DNA of 64,000 nucleotides from Penicillus capitatus (taxonomy: Eukaryota > Plantae > Chlorophyta), in contig OZ287699.1 in the NCBI GenBank assembly GCA_965649825.1, positions 1,022,477 through 1,086,476 on the forward strand, written 5' to 3'. This document shows, one piece after another, positions 50,984 to 63,840 of this stretch. Position numbers and translations under genes: made by a program. Every line of letters starts with the position of its first letter. Position 1 is the first letter of the stretch. The notes under the pieces are model-generated. The model was not told the DNA's origin, made no database searches, and was given only the letters and a program-made list of their open reading frames with translations.

Positions 50984-53900
50984 ATGACGGGGCTGTGGTA
51001 TTGGTCCGAACCCAGGATCTCGTTCAAGGCTCCTGCCGCGACGCAACGAAGCGCGAGTGCACGTAGCGGTCATTTGAACAACGGTCGCTGCTCGCTGCCT
51101 TCGACCTCGCCTCGACGCAGCGACTTCGTCTGCAATGCCCAACGACGTCCTTTTCTGCCTCGTCTCTCCGTCGCCCTGACAATCTCTCTCAAGGGCGCCG
51201 ATCGTTGATCCAAAGTGATGGACAAGAGCATCTGGGGTCGGCCCTCGATCGATCAAATCCTCGAGATTTTCCCGGACCAAAGGGCAACAGGGGACCGCCC
51301 ATAAGAGTAACCCTCCTTCAGACGACGACAGATCTCTTCATCTCTTGACTGAAGGTTCTGCCAATTGGCGGACTGGGAGAGATCGGGATGAACTGCATGT
51401 TAGTGGGCATTTATGACAGATACATCATGATCGATGCAGGACTCATGTTTCCAGAGTGCGTCCATCCAGACGACGCATTCCCTTAGTCATGAAAATCTCT
51501 CTGCTCTTTTCAGCTTCACGGACATTGGAATGCAGAAGATATTGCCAGACACGTCCTTCATCGCACAGTGGAAAGACAAAATCGAGGCATTGGTCATCAC
51601 TCATGGCCACGAAGACCATATCGGCGCCATTCCTTGGGTAGAGGAGACCCTATTTTTCACATCGTTGTTGATGGGGCGTTCGTGCGTGCGTTCGTTGAGG
51701 TCCTGCCAGCATTGGATCCAAGCACACCGGTCTATTGCTCTGCCTTTGTGAGCCATTTGCTGCATTTTCGGCTGAAGCAGTTCAATCTGTGGGATCAAGA
51801 TCGATTCCATGTCTTCGAAATGAATACGCCCTTTCAATTAGGCCCCTTTGAGTAAGGTTCTTCTGGGACACAGAGTACCCAACATTGGGTGATTGGTGTG
51901 TTCGATAGATGCGAGGCATTGAGGGTGACACATTCCATTCCAGACTGCTGCGGGTTAATCCTACGGAACAGCCATGGCACCATTCTCCATACGGGAGATT
52001 GGAAGATCGACGAAAATCCAGTCGATGGCAGAATGTTTGATCGGGAAACGCTGGAGAAGCTCAGTTCTGTCTGTCTCTCGTTATACAGAGTGTCCCAAGT
52101 CGGTTCTCTGTGTGTTCAGGCAAAGAGAATGTGACATTGATGATGAGCGATTCCACAAATGTGTTGACTCCTGGAAGGAGTCTATCAGAGAGCGTCGTTC
52201 GGCAATCGTTGATCGACAAGATTTGTGATTACAAGGGCGATGGTCGTGTCATTGCCACTCTGTTTGCATCGAATCTTCATCGAATCGGAAGCCTTAAGAT
52301 GGCGGCAGATGCCGCAGGAAGAAAACTCTGCTTTGTCGGTTGGAGTCTGGACTCCTATCTCGCCTCAGCTATCAAGTTGGCGTTCGCAAAGAATTCCTTC
52401 GGCACGATGTCTATTTGGATGGCAGGTCAGGGGATGCACCATTCGATCAGCGGGAACTGATCGACAGCTCAGAACTGGACGACATCGATCCGAACAAGGT
52501 GCTCATTGTGACGACAGGTACGCGTCGTCTCTGGGCGTCGAAAGGAAGATGACGGGATGCTTCAGGTTCTCAGGCTGAACCCCAAGCAGCGCTGTCTCTG
52601 GCATCAAGAAATGCAAGTGCCAGATTAAACCTGTTGCCAGACGATCTCATTGTCTATTCGGCCAAAGTGAGAGAGGCGACGATAGGGAGTGACTGAAAGT
52701 GTGAGATGTCCAGATCGTTCCAGGAAATGAGAAGCGTGTCATGAAGATGATGAATCGGATATCACGTTTGGGGCCCAGAATTGAAATGCGTCGCACAGAC
52801 AATCTACACGCATCGGGTCATGGATATCGAGAGGAGCTTGCCGAAGTCATTCAGCTTGTGAAACCTCAACAGTTTCTGCCAGTCCATGGGGAAAGTGTCT
52901 TTCTCCATGCCCATGCCGAGCTTGCACACGAACTGGGCATTCAAAGAACATCCGTTATTCACGATGGCGAGATGTTGGGTGTCAAATCGTTGCGCAGCCG
53001 CAGAACGGTTTCTTCTGGCGCCATGCAGGTGATCATGCGCCGCCTGACGCCAAAGCCGCAATCTTATCTGCTGTGGTTAGGTATTGGGGAATGTTGATTT
53101 GGTACGCTACTACAATGATGGCAACAAAGGAACAGGGACGTACACAGAGATGGATATCTATCACCGTCTTAAGATTGGCACGGATGGCATCATCATTGTC
53201 TTGGTCGATCTCGAGAGACCGCCTCGTGTTGCAGAAATGATTCGTTCGGGCTCAGAAGGCGAAATGCAGACAGGCCTCAAAGCACGCATAAAGTGAGAGC
53301 CAGGGATGTTAGAGTGAGAGGACAATGTTTGTGTAGATTGACGACGAGAGGCATCTGGACAGACAGAGGGCGAATTGTCCGAGAACTGTACAAGCTGTCT
53401 CTCTTCACCGTTGCTGACTGCCCAATCGATATCAGTTGTATAAACGTGGAGCGAAGAATGACAATGGCGTTGAGAAAAGCATGCCGGTTGGTTGTTTGTC
53501 ATGGTGGCTGTCTCTTAGCTCTCGCTGTTTGTTCAGGAAGTTCAACAAGATCAACCCTGAAGTCATCATTGTTGTGCACGAGGACGATCCGCGTATCGCT
53601 GCAGCTATGGTAGCAGCTAAAATCAGGGTAACCGAAACAGATGAGACAGAAGGAAGAGTGAGAAACAAAGCTGTCTTTTCAAAAAAGAGTGAGACGCGTG
53701 ATCGAGATACCCCAACGGCAGAAGAGAGGGAATCGGAGACGGACGTCGCCGAGATGGAACCTTCCCCGGAAGAAGAGGAATCTGCAATCAACTCCGAAAC
53801 GCTTTCTATGATAGAAGACTTCCTCGTCGAGTCTCCCAATGGCGTCGATGATGACACTCTGTCGATCGAAAGCGGATTGGACAGGGAGGAGAAGCAACCG

Positions 53901-54140
53901 TCGGACAGCAATGCTGTACTAGATGAAGATAAAAAGTACAGGAGAAGAACCTCTTCATCGTCGAAGACGACAACGACAACGAGAAAGAGACGAGGACGAC
54001 CTCCAAAGAAGAAGCCAGAATCTGAAGAGTTCCCTTCGCTTTCTGATTTGATTCTTGCGCCGGAGAGTCTCTTACAAGAACGCCGCATGAATAACCCTCG
54101 AGAGCGACCCGTTCCTGGGGCCGATGTGGAATACGGATGA
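50984..54140 (+). CDS. RNJ: Plastid ribonuclease J (metallo-beta-lactamase/beta-CASP) with acidic C-terminal tail
   Basis: Transit peptide; intron 51147-51193 restores frame; [62 protein letters not shown] and FLPVHGE are present. Confidence 0.93.
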
Positions 54141-54743
54141 TCTGATAGGACAGCACTCTGCTTTGTCGGATCCCATCGATGGGTCATTTCTGAGAGAGAT
54201 GGTGTGGATCCTGTTTGTTAACGCCTTCCACATTTTTCTGTGCTGCCTCCTTGCATCTTTACATCTATCGCGCGCTACATGCAGTAACATCCAGAGAATC
54301 ATCAGATAGGATATCGAATAGCATCTAAGTAGAATAGCACTGGCAAGAAGACAGCTGTGGCTGCTCAACGATCCCCATCTCTGTCTTTGTAGGAGTTTGA
54401 CTTTGAATAGATAAGCATAAAGCACATGGAATGGTTATGATTATGACAGAATTCAGAAAGGAAACGTTCCCCACGCCCTCTAACAATCAAAAAGATCCAT
54501 GCCAATGTCGTCACAGGGTTTAACACGGCAACAGTGCGATCAAAAAGAATGCGAAACAAAAAAGGCTCCGCCTTGTTTATCCAATGCGGTCAGTCATGAG
54601 AAGTCAGTCCAACAACGTAACTCTGCAGTTTGAAGAAGGACCTAGCAGACATCTACTATCAGAAATCTCTTTGACGGCGTCATTTCTTTGACGGAATCTC
54701 TTTGGCGTTTCTAAGCAAATTTGCAGCGATAATTTGCAATTGT

Positions 54744-57612
54744 TTATTGGGTTGACGTGTCTCGAATCTGTATACTTGTTAGCTCGGACTCATCTGCTTC
54801 GATTATTCTCACAAACATACTTGAAGAGGATCCTCTGTCTATAATCTCTTGTTGTGTACTCATTTCCGTCGACATCATGAAGCAAGGATTACTCCTGCCC
54901 TCGAGTCTCAGGTCACAAGTTACCGCATTCCCTTCCAGAGCATTAGTCGATTGGTATAGATTAACGTCACTCGTAGAAAGAACTCCCTCCGATTCATCAG
55001 CAGGTGCCAACACCCACCTGAACAAACCATCCGAACATGAACAGAGTAAGAATAATAAACAAATGGATACAGAACAGCAGATATGAGAAATGGATCGAAG
55101 ATTTTTTGTTTTTTTAGAAGTGTGAAAGAGGACACACAGTTAGTGATGTCGTGATCAATCACTTAAAAGAAAGTTGAATCCCGGGAGGAAAAGAGATCCG
55201 GAACTACACACCCATATTCACGGCCCATCGGTTGGCCGGACGGGAAAGATGGCATTTCGCGTGCCACGGAGTTGGGATTTTCGTTTTGAGCGGCAGTGAC
55301 TGGTGTGCTAGGTTCAGCCTCCAGAGCCATCTGATTCGCCGTCTCTTCCTCGAGCAGGTCCTTTAAACGGTCGACAATCTGAAACGGACAAACACACTCG
55401 AGAGTGCAGAGCATGAGTGAGAGAGTGACCTCTGGGAACCCGGGTCTCTCCAAGTGTGACTGTCTCCAGCAATCTTCGAGCAGCTCAGCGTATCCATCAG
55501 GACAGTAATCGGGAATAGGCGGTCGCTTCTGCCGGTTAACGACAATGAGCATGATCTCTCCATGACTTTTCTTTCCATAAGGACTGGACAGAAAAGAACA
55601 GTAAAAGAGAATTCAATGACAGATTCGATCCCTTACCTTGTTCCTGTCAACAGTTCCCACAAAAGAATGGCGAACGAATAGACGTCGGCAGCAGGCGTGA
55701 GAACACCTCCTTTGAGTACTTCGGGGGGCATGTGTGTGATCGTCCCACACGTGAATGTTTCAATATGTGTGTCTTCCGCCAAGAATCGACTCAGTCCAAA
55801 ATCCCCGACTTTACAGACAAAACCACGAGGATCGGATGCGTCGCTCTTGAGCAGGACATTTTCTGTTTTTAGATCTCCGTGTATGATTCTGACGTTGTGC
55901 AAGTACATCATGGCGCGGGCGATATCCAGTCCTGTCAGAATTGTATGAATAATATTTGCTCTCTTTTCGCTTCCTTGTATTGTCAAAAAGGAACCATCAC
56001 GAATGGCACGAGATAACGCACCCTTGTCGCAGAACTCCAGCACAATCCATGTCTCCAAAGAACTCTCTTCGTGTTCTCCTGGGCCCTAAAACGCAAGAGA
56101 TGCGGAGATGAGAGGGAGGAAAGGGGAGACCCTAGTCATAGATCCAAAAACATCGTCTGTGGACATGATGTCCTCGTTATTAGAATCTTTGAGTTGTACA
56201 TCAGACATGATACTTTCACCCAGCGCTTCATTTCTAGTCGGTGCAGCCCCTCCGACGGGGACTGTGTGAACTATGAAGGTTTGCACAACATTTGGATGTG
56301 ACACTTGGCGGCTAAGGTATGCTTCAAAAGGCTCGTCTCTTGCCTCTAAGAATCTCCTTCCATGCACGATGCACTTGACGGCGACATCTGTTCCTTGCCA
56401 GTGTCCCTTGTACACTTTTCCAAAACTGCCTCGGCCCAGATGTTCTCCAATTTCGATGTCGGAGAGTTTGAAGTTTGCGTTGCCGAACGTGAGTGGATCG
56501 CCACTCATGCCGCCGATCCTTGAATCCATTTCATTGCGTTCCAGTTCTCCTCTCTCGGCCGAATCGAGTTTCTTGAAATTGTTCACTGGAGAGAGACGTG
56601 CGCGTTGTGCGTGCAAGCTGATTTCGGATCTGTCTCTGAAAGACCGTCTGGCCAACAGCAACACCACAATAGCGATAAGAATCACCACCAGAACAGCAAA
56701 AATCACGGAGGTCACGATTGTAATCGTCGCAAAGGAAGAAGACTTCGATGAAGAAATCTCGCTCGAGTTAAGTGAAAAACTGCCAGTGCGGCATTTCTCG
56801 TGGTTGGCAGGCAGGTTGAGTGAATGGACTATCTGTGTATTGATCTCTCCGATTTCGCAGCTATGTATCGTATTGCATGAGTGCACAATCTCTTCGCCCT
56901 GCTCGTTGTACACACTGACATCTCCATCACGCACCGTTCTCCCAACATCTAATCACACCCCCACGGTTCACAACACCGTCTGCCGCTGCGCACTGTCACA
57001 GTGCATCGTACTTTCGACTTGGCCATCTTCGCATAGATCTGAGATGATAGCTGTGTTTTCGACAAAAACTTCAGAGCCTCTTCTGATCTAAGGCAACATC
57101 CACGATGCTCGTCGGACGATCACGTACAGAAGGAGATTTGCCTTCATGAAGGGCAACGTGATGCCTTCATCGAAAGTGTGGACGAATAGAAGTAGACTGT
57201 CGAAGGTCAGGAAGAAATTGGAGTGTAGGACAATGACGGTGTCATTTGGCAAGCGCAGTCGCGCCTGACCAAATGCTTCACCTCTTACAGTGAGGTTTCG
57301 TGTGATATCGATTCGAGGTGGAAAAGCTGCATCGGGATTGCACCGAACGTTGCCTGATACAATAATTTGTGCGACGGTGTCATCCTTCAGGGCTTCAAGA
57401 AACGCACGACAAGAATTGACAGACACCTCGGCGCCGGTAGGTGACAGCAAGGACAATGCGATGAGGCCAAAAAGGACGGTAAAGGGTCTACCTGAAAAAC
57501 AACCGCACATGGCAAAATACGACGTGCAACGTGCCGTCGCATGGTCTTGTGCGAAACGAGACAGTTTTCGCATACCTTCGCACCGCATTGAGCTTCTTAC
57601 ACCGAGAAGCAT
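54744..57612 (-). CDS. Receptor-like TKL protein kinase (signal peptide, ectodomain, TM, kinase); termini approximate
   Basis: Hydrophobic leader FTVLFGLIALSLLSPTGA-EV; TM ITIVTSVIFAVLVVILIAIVVLLLA followed by RR; GRGSFGKVYKG..VAVK, HGDLKTENVLL, KVGDFGLS and GTITHMPPE. Confidence 0.88.
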
Positions 57613-58798
57613 TGTTCTTACAGTCACTTTCCGCCACCTTCGAAATGGAATCCCAACACGCAGTAGACAGGCAAGCGATGTGTTTGTCTTGATGCTGAAC
57701 GGTTGATCCTCTCCTGAGCTGTTTCCCCAATCTGCGCACAACCGTCTCTTCTCTGCAAGACTTAGCTGTACGCATTGAACAAAGGATTCTGAATGTGATC
57801 GTGCATAAAATGCATGACAAGATTTAAAACATCGAACACAATCGTCTGAGCTGTTCAGAATTCTGAATTGAGCACACTCCAATGCCTCACCTCAGCAAAC
57901 GCCCTGACATCAAGTCAAGGACATGGTTAAGGCATCTCCGGTCATGAATGGAAGATGATGGAGGCTTTTCAATCCAAGCGGATCCTGGTGTTTGTCAGAA
58001 GGGACAAAAACGATGGTGGTTGATCCGATAGATCACGTTGACGGCTCGTAAGAGAGTCAATCAACGATTTCACGTGAACTGGCTCTTTCCTTGACTTTGA
58101 CGAACACCATTGTCGCAGTCCGTCAACAAGTCTTCGACGTTGTTCTTGGCATCCGACAAACGCCACTACGACTGCCCATTGCTCGTCTCGCAGGAGAAGG
58201 CCAACCGTGCAACCGACCACATTTGGCGTGAGGTGTGTTGTCAGCATGGATGGGATCTACCTTTACCCCTATCTCTTACGATAATTTTCACTCCAATCTC
58301 CAGCACCAGGCCCTCGATTCTCAATTCCTTTTCTCGGTGGCACCAACAATGGCGTCCATCTTGGACGTCCTCCAATTCGGACAGTATCTTTGAGTGGAGT
58401 CCGTCGAGGGCGCATCGTCGATTGGGGCATCTGGATGATGTCCGTGCCCTTTGAAGAGGCACAAAAATGTTGATGGTTTTCTGTCTATCGGTCTCCCTCA
58501 CCTTTCTTTTGTGTGAGCGTTGACCGTCATGGAATGGATGCGGTTGCCAATTTTATTCTATCTCCACCGGCATTGTCACCATTCATCTTCATTCTCGTCG
58601 TCAGCCGCGGAGAGCATCATCTTTATTTTCGGTTTCATTCGCTTCCTCGCGTTCTACTTTCATCACCCTCTCAGAGTCACGCATTCATCCGTTATTTTCA
58701 CCATAAAATCGAACGTAGGCTACTGGAGAATTTGCTGTTCTTCTGCCAGCGACGGTTTCGTACACGCACGCGCTTCAATTTCGCTGTTCTGTTTTCAG

Positions 58799-60295
58799 AT
58801 GAATCCGCTTTCAGAAACAGTCGAAGTTGCATCTCCCAACGCCGACGAAGGCAGCGATAACGGTCTGTTGTCTATCTCACATGACATCGTTCGAATGTGC
58901 TGTGCACAGATGAAGCCGTCGGAAAGCCCTTCAGTCGGATGCAGAAAATGGCAGTGAAGTTTCTTCTGAACAATATATCCGCAGGCGTCATCATCGGCAG
59001 AGGCGGAACGAACATAACGGAGCTTCAGCAGCACTCGGGCGCCAGGTCAACTGAGCAATGCTCTGTTTGCTGTCTCAATGTGGTTACATATTTGCTGTGC
59101 TGGTTCAGGATTCAGTTGTCACGTAATAATGAGTTCTATCCTGGTACGAACGATCGTGTGATGCTCATTTCCGGAACGGTGAAGTCCGTCTTAACGGCTC
59201 TGTACTTAATACTAACCAAACTGCAATCGGCAAGAAAGACGGGTCAATCCGGAGAGCAGCGCAGCAAGAGCGAAAGTGACGATGGATTAGCTTCAGTGTT
59301 GAAACTTGTCATGCCGGCGGCGTGCTGTGGAGCCATTCTTGGCAAGGGCGGGAAAACAGTGAAACAGTTTGTTGCCGATTCCGGCGCCTCGATTTCGGTA
59401 CTTCCTCAGGTGAGGCCTTCATCTATGTACACATTGGCATGGGGATGACGGAGTGTCTCGGATGGTAGACGTACGTGGCACAAGAGACGGACAATCGCAT
59501 TATTTCCATTTCTGGAGAGCTCGAGCAGATTCTTCGTGCAGTGGCACACGTGGTTGCCAAAGTGGCCGGAGATCCTCAGTACATCAACAATGTTTCTCTG
59601 TCAGTCAACTATATGAGACCTCAATATCAGTCACAAAGTAAGACACTCCTGCGGATCGGCGTGCTGTATGGCTGGGCTGTTGTTCAGTGGCATATGCGAT
59701 GTACCCAGAAGAAATGGCAGGGCCCTATATGTCCTCTAACGGAATGAATATGCCGCGTGGCGGTGCAGTGCTGTATCCGAATCCTCCCTATCACCCAGAG
59801 CACCCAGCTGCAGCATATACGGAGACGGGACCTGCAGGATCTTCTCCGGCAGAGATGCCAGGATCTCCTTCCCATCGCTATCCTCCCATGGGTATGCCCA
59901 TGCCCATGCCAATGCCAATGGGCGTTCCGCTTCCCTGCGATAACCGGGGACCTCGTGTCGAGATGAGTCTGTCGATTCCGGACGATCGAATCGGAGCCAT
60001 CATTGGCAAAGGTGGCGATATCATTACCCAACTGCAAACCTTGGTCGGTGTGAAAATCATCATCTCTAGCCGCAACGAGTTCGAGCCCGGCACACGTAAC
60101 AGACGTGTCACGATCATCGGGGCACCAGATGCGGTTCAAGTTGCCTGCATGTGGATCTCGGTCAAGGAACGGTCCATGTTCTATGCTCCGACGGCCGGCA
60201 TGTATGGTGCAACTCCTTATGGTTGGGCTGTTCCGAGCGCATGGATGAGTGCACCGCCCTCTCCGCCACTGTCCGAAGCCAACGGCTATAACTAG
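58799..60295 (+). CDS. Triple KH-domain RNA-binding protein (BTR1/Nova-like)
   Basis: Three GxxG KH loops: AGVIIGRGGTNI, CGAILGKGGKTV and IGAIIGKGGDII; EFYPGTNDRV and EFEPGTRNRRVTI. Confidence 0.9.
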
Positions 60296-61578
60296 GCAAA
60301 CCAGTTTCAAAGTCTTATGAAAGCTCACTAGTGTGTGGGGGGTTTGTTATACTCTTGATGTGTCAACGACCAATACATCGTGTGTGGCATTCCTGACAGG
60401 GAATTTCGGGGAATGGCTGTGCTGGCTATCAATTCTCCACCCTCCTCAATTGCAGTGGGTACTAGCGTTCGATGAAACTTCTCTTAGACTGTTTGCTTTG
60501 CTTTGCTTTGTCTGTTTCCTTTTTGTTCCAAACAGCAGCCGCACTGAGTTTTCTCTGTTCGTGCAAGGCTCTGTGCTAGACGTTTGAGATCTTAGTGCGT
60601 TCAGCTTTGTTTCAGATGTGCTGAGCGATTATATCTGCTGAAATGAATACTCTTCTCACTAGTCTCATCTCATCAAACTAAAGCATCTCTCACTCGCACT
60701 AGGTCTGTCTTTTCCTATAGAGTTTCTCATTTCACCTGCAGAGGACTATCACCGCCCAAGGCCGGATCCAACGGACGATAGGCCTTTGGGTTGATTGTGT
60801 ATACTGTATGAAAAAACACATGAGAAATGGTTTTTCGGTGTGCTTAAAAATTCAACGCATCGCATGGATGGACGCTGTCCACTGCTGCTGTCTGATTTCT
60901 ATGGTGTTTGCTTTTGTGTACGGTTCGGTTGGCAGTGAGGCGTGATAAATCTTTCCACTCGGCATCAATCATCAAGATACCGGCATTAGGCCACATGTTT
61001 CCAGTTTCACAGACATCCATGTGTATTGCGTTTGTGTGTGTGCAGTGACAAATTCAGAAACAAAAAAAGGACACTGGCTCTATCTGTTCTGCTCTGTGCT
61101 GTGTCGTGCTGTACCGAGCATTTCTGCATCTCTGAACAGAAGTTTGCTTACACAACAACTTTGTATGCAAGATTGCGTTTAGGATTTAATATCACAGTCT
61201 GTTTATAAAAGCCTGCCTGTCTCCTTAAATCAAGGGACGACCTTGAGGGAGCACAGTGTTAATCCACCACCCACATCCAGAAAAGGCGAAAGGGACGACT
61301 TAACAATAGGGAGCCGTTTATTGACAGGTAAGTGAGTGTATATGCAATAAGCGGATGACAAATCCTTCGAGGGACGAAGAAGACAGTACGAGAGATGGAT
61401 GGATCTGACAGAACGGCAGTTTCCTTCCGGAGAGAACAGAAAAGCACACGAGGTATGACGGGAAAGATGGCGTCATTACAGATGCATGAGCGGTTTTCAT
61501 GATCTCTTTGGGAAGGACACGCAAAAAACATGAACCGACATGACCCTCGACAATGCAACCAAACTGCACAACTGTCTT

Positions 61579-63083
61579 TTATGAGACCCTTCTTTCTTCT
61601 CTGTTCCAAGAGAGCACACTCAAATCTCCGGGCTTTCGATTGGATCTCAGATCCATTCCCAGAATGATAATGCATGCAACGGCTGAAAGCGCACCGATGA
61701 CGAAATAGACAACCCCTGTAGAGAACATACACACATTCAGCAAAAAATGCTCCACGCTGATGGGTCATACCTATGACGGTGTTCTTTCCTCCAGTCCAGT
61801 TTGAAGTGCTCAGGATTAGCCGTTTCTGGCCGTCAAAATCATACGTGTTATACCGATGCGTGATCTTGAATGTCAACTTCGACCCTATGAAACACACATC
61901 CCGTTGCATTCCGATCACACAACGCCGCGAAACGGGGGACCTTTTGGAATGTCGTGATGGATGATGCCATACAACTTGCGAACCGTGGCTCTGGATCCAA
62001 CACGCATCCACACCATAAAATGCTCATCTTCATCCAGCGGGCCTGATCATCGACAACAGAGAGATGAGAAGAGAACGGCGGCCACCGATACCTTACCATC
62101 GATGGTTTTACCTCCGCGGTATTTTGCCTCTTTATTAAAGTACTGTGCTTCCATATCTCCATAAAGATACTTGCGATCCCACTCCGTCGCAATGCCTTTT
62201 TCCTAACAGGCATCTCTCTCTTCAGCAAGGCGCGTGCGATGGAAGAGATAGAACCGTCGCACCTCCATCTGAACATCCCCTAACGGCTCGTCCTGAGCGT
62301 CTTGGACAGACTCGAGGGTGAAGGAATCGTTGAAGAAGGAGTGTGCCATCAATCCACAAGGAAGTATGGGCCCTGCACAACATTCCGTCCTCCAGTATCA
62401 TCCATCTAAGCTCAATCATGTTCCACGTACGGGTCTGATCGATAGAGTCATCTTCTGGGTTCTTTGCGTATTGATAGGGTTTGCAATAATCACTTCCTGC
62501 TGGCTTGTCTCCTCCAAGCTGCTTCGGATCTTTGCTGCGAATGTATCTGAAATAGCAACCACTCACGATCGGGTTCCCCTGCTCTGCCTGCCGCTCACCT
62601 CTTATGGTTCTGGTAATAGTCTTTTAACTCGTAGTAGACGTACACCTAGGCATGCGCATTCATAAGAGATCGATTTTTGCTGTATCAACAGTGTCAGTAT
62701 TGCCACGTATTCTGCGAGATTTGGGTGTTTGTATGTACGATGGTTACCGGACTATTCATGTTCTCAGAAATTGAGAATATGTGATTTTCTGTATGAGTCT
62801 CATTCCCCCGCTGAATGATCTCTTTTCTTTCATCGTTTGTTAACCGCGTCTTATCATTCAACGTGAAATTGTCATATCTGAGGATCACTTCCGTATTTTC
62901 CAGTGTTTGCCAGAACAAGGCAGCTCCAAGAGGAATAGCCGCGACGGTGAGCATGCAGAAAAACACAGCCGAATAACACAGTGAGGGCGTGGGACTCATG
63001 CATGCTGACAATTCTTGTCGCACGAACTTCTTAAAGTAAGCAGAAAAGACAGATGGTTTCCGTGAAGCTTCCCCCTTGCTCAT
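61579..63083 (-). CDS. CDC50: CDC50/LEM3 family P4-ATPase beta subunit (ALA-interacting subunit), proximal-start isoform
   Basis: KKFVRQELSA..TM1, VYVYYELKDYYQNHKRY, PCGLMAHSFFND, FITHRYNTYDFDGQKRLILSTSNWTGGKN, and C-terminus KPGDLSVLSWN; TAA at 61579-61581. Confidence 0.92.
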
Positions 63084-63449
63084 TCCCAGCGCCGTGTCGT
63101 CGTACGAGTTCGACGGCAAGCGGCTCACGGAAGTCAGCGACATCGGACAGAGCTAACCAGCGAAGCCTCGACGACGTCAGCCACTGTCGTGTACGAAGAC
63201 GACAAAAAATAAGAAGCTCAGGTGACCGTGGTTATTTTACAAGATACTCAACGCGACGATGTGGCGATTGGCAAAAAGGACGGTGAAATGGGCACGCAGC
63301 GAGCGATATGACTATGGCATGTCGCTTCATCGACGCTTCTGCTCACAGTCGGATGATGAAAACTTCGTAGCTCGTATCTCAGTGGAAACGAGCGCGATGG
63401 CGACCCGCGTGTTCAAAAATACCCAACCCCCTCCTTTTTAGTGGCTTAC

Positions 63450-63840
63450 CGGTGAAGGCATCTTTTTGTCCGTTGTGATCTCCAAGAGTGACTGGTGTCC
63501 GGCATCCGCCTCTCGAATGCGTTGCAGTCTTAGCGAGTTATTTTCTGCCTTGAAATTGTCATACCTGGAAAGCAAAAGCAGCCCCATACATCGAGTGCTG
63601 ACAAGAAGAAATGGGTCATGTACTGGGTACGGACCTGTATGTAAAATCGATGTTTTGCTTAGAGAAGTAAAACAGTGCCCCACCCAGTGGCAGGGCCACG
63701 ACGGTAACAATGACGTAAAAACCAACGGCCCAGCTGAAGCGTGGGATCGGTTGCCATTTGCTTTTTGAATTTCCTTTGGCGAAACGCTGAAACCACTCAG
63801 GGCCATTGATAAGCGACGTCTTTTTATCGCTCATAGCCAT
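63450..63840 (-). CDS. Second CDC50 5' module (2 exons: 63840-63635 and 63564-63450), either alternative first exons or a partial duplicate
   Basis: MAMSDKK...WQPIP..TM1 (VALPLGGALF)...YRYDNF...KMPSP ends in the strong donor CCG|GTAAGC. It is homologous to the proximal exon, which ends NMNSP|GTAACC. No private downstream exons were found before 63083. Confidence 0.75.
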
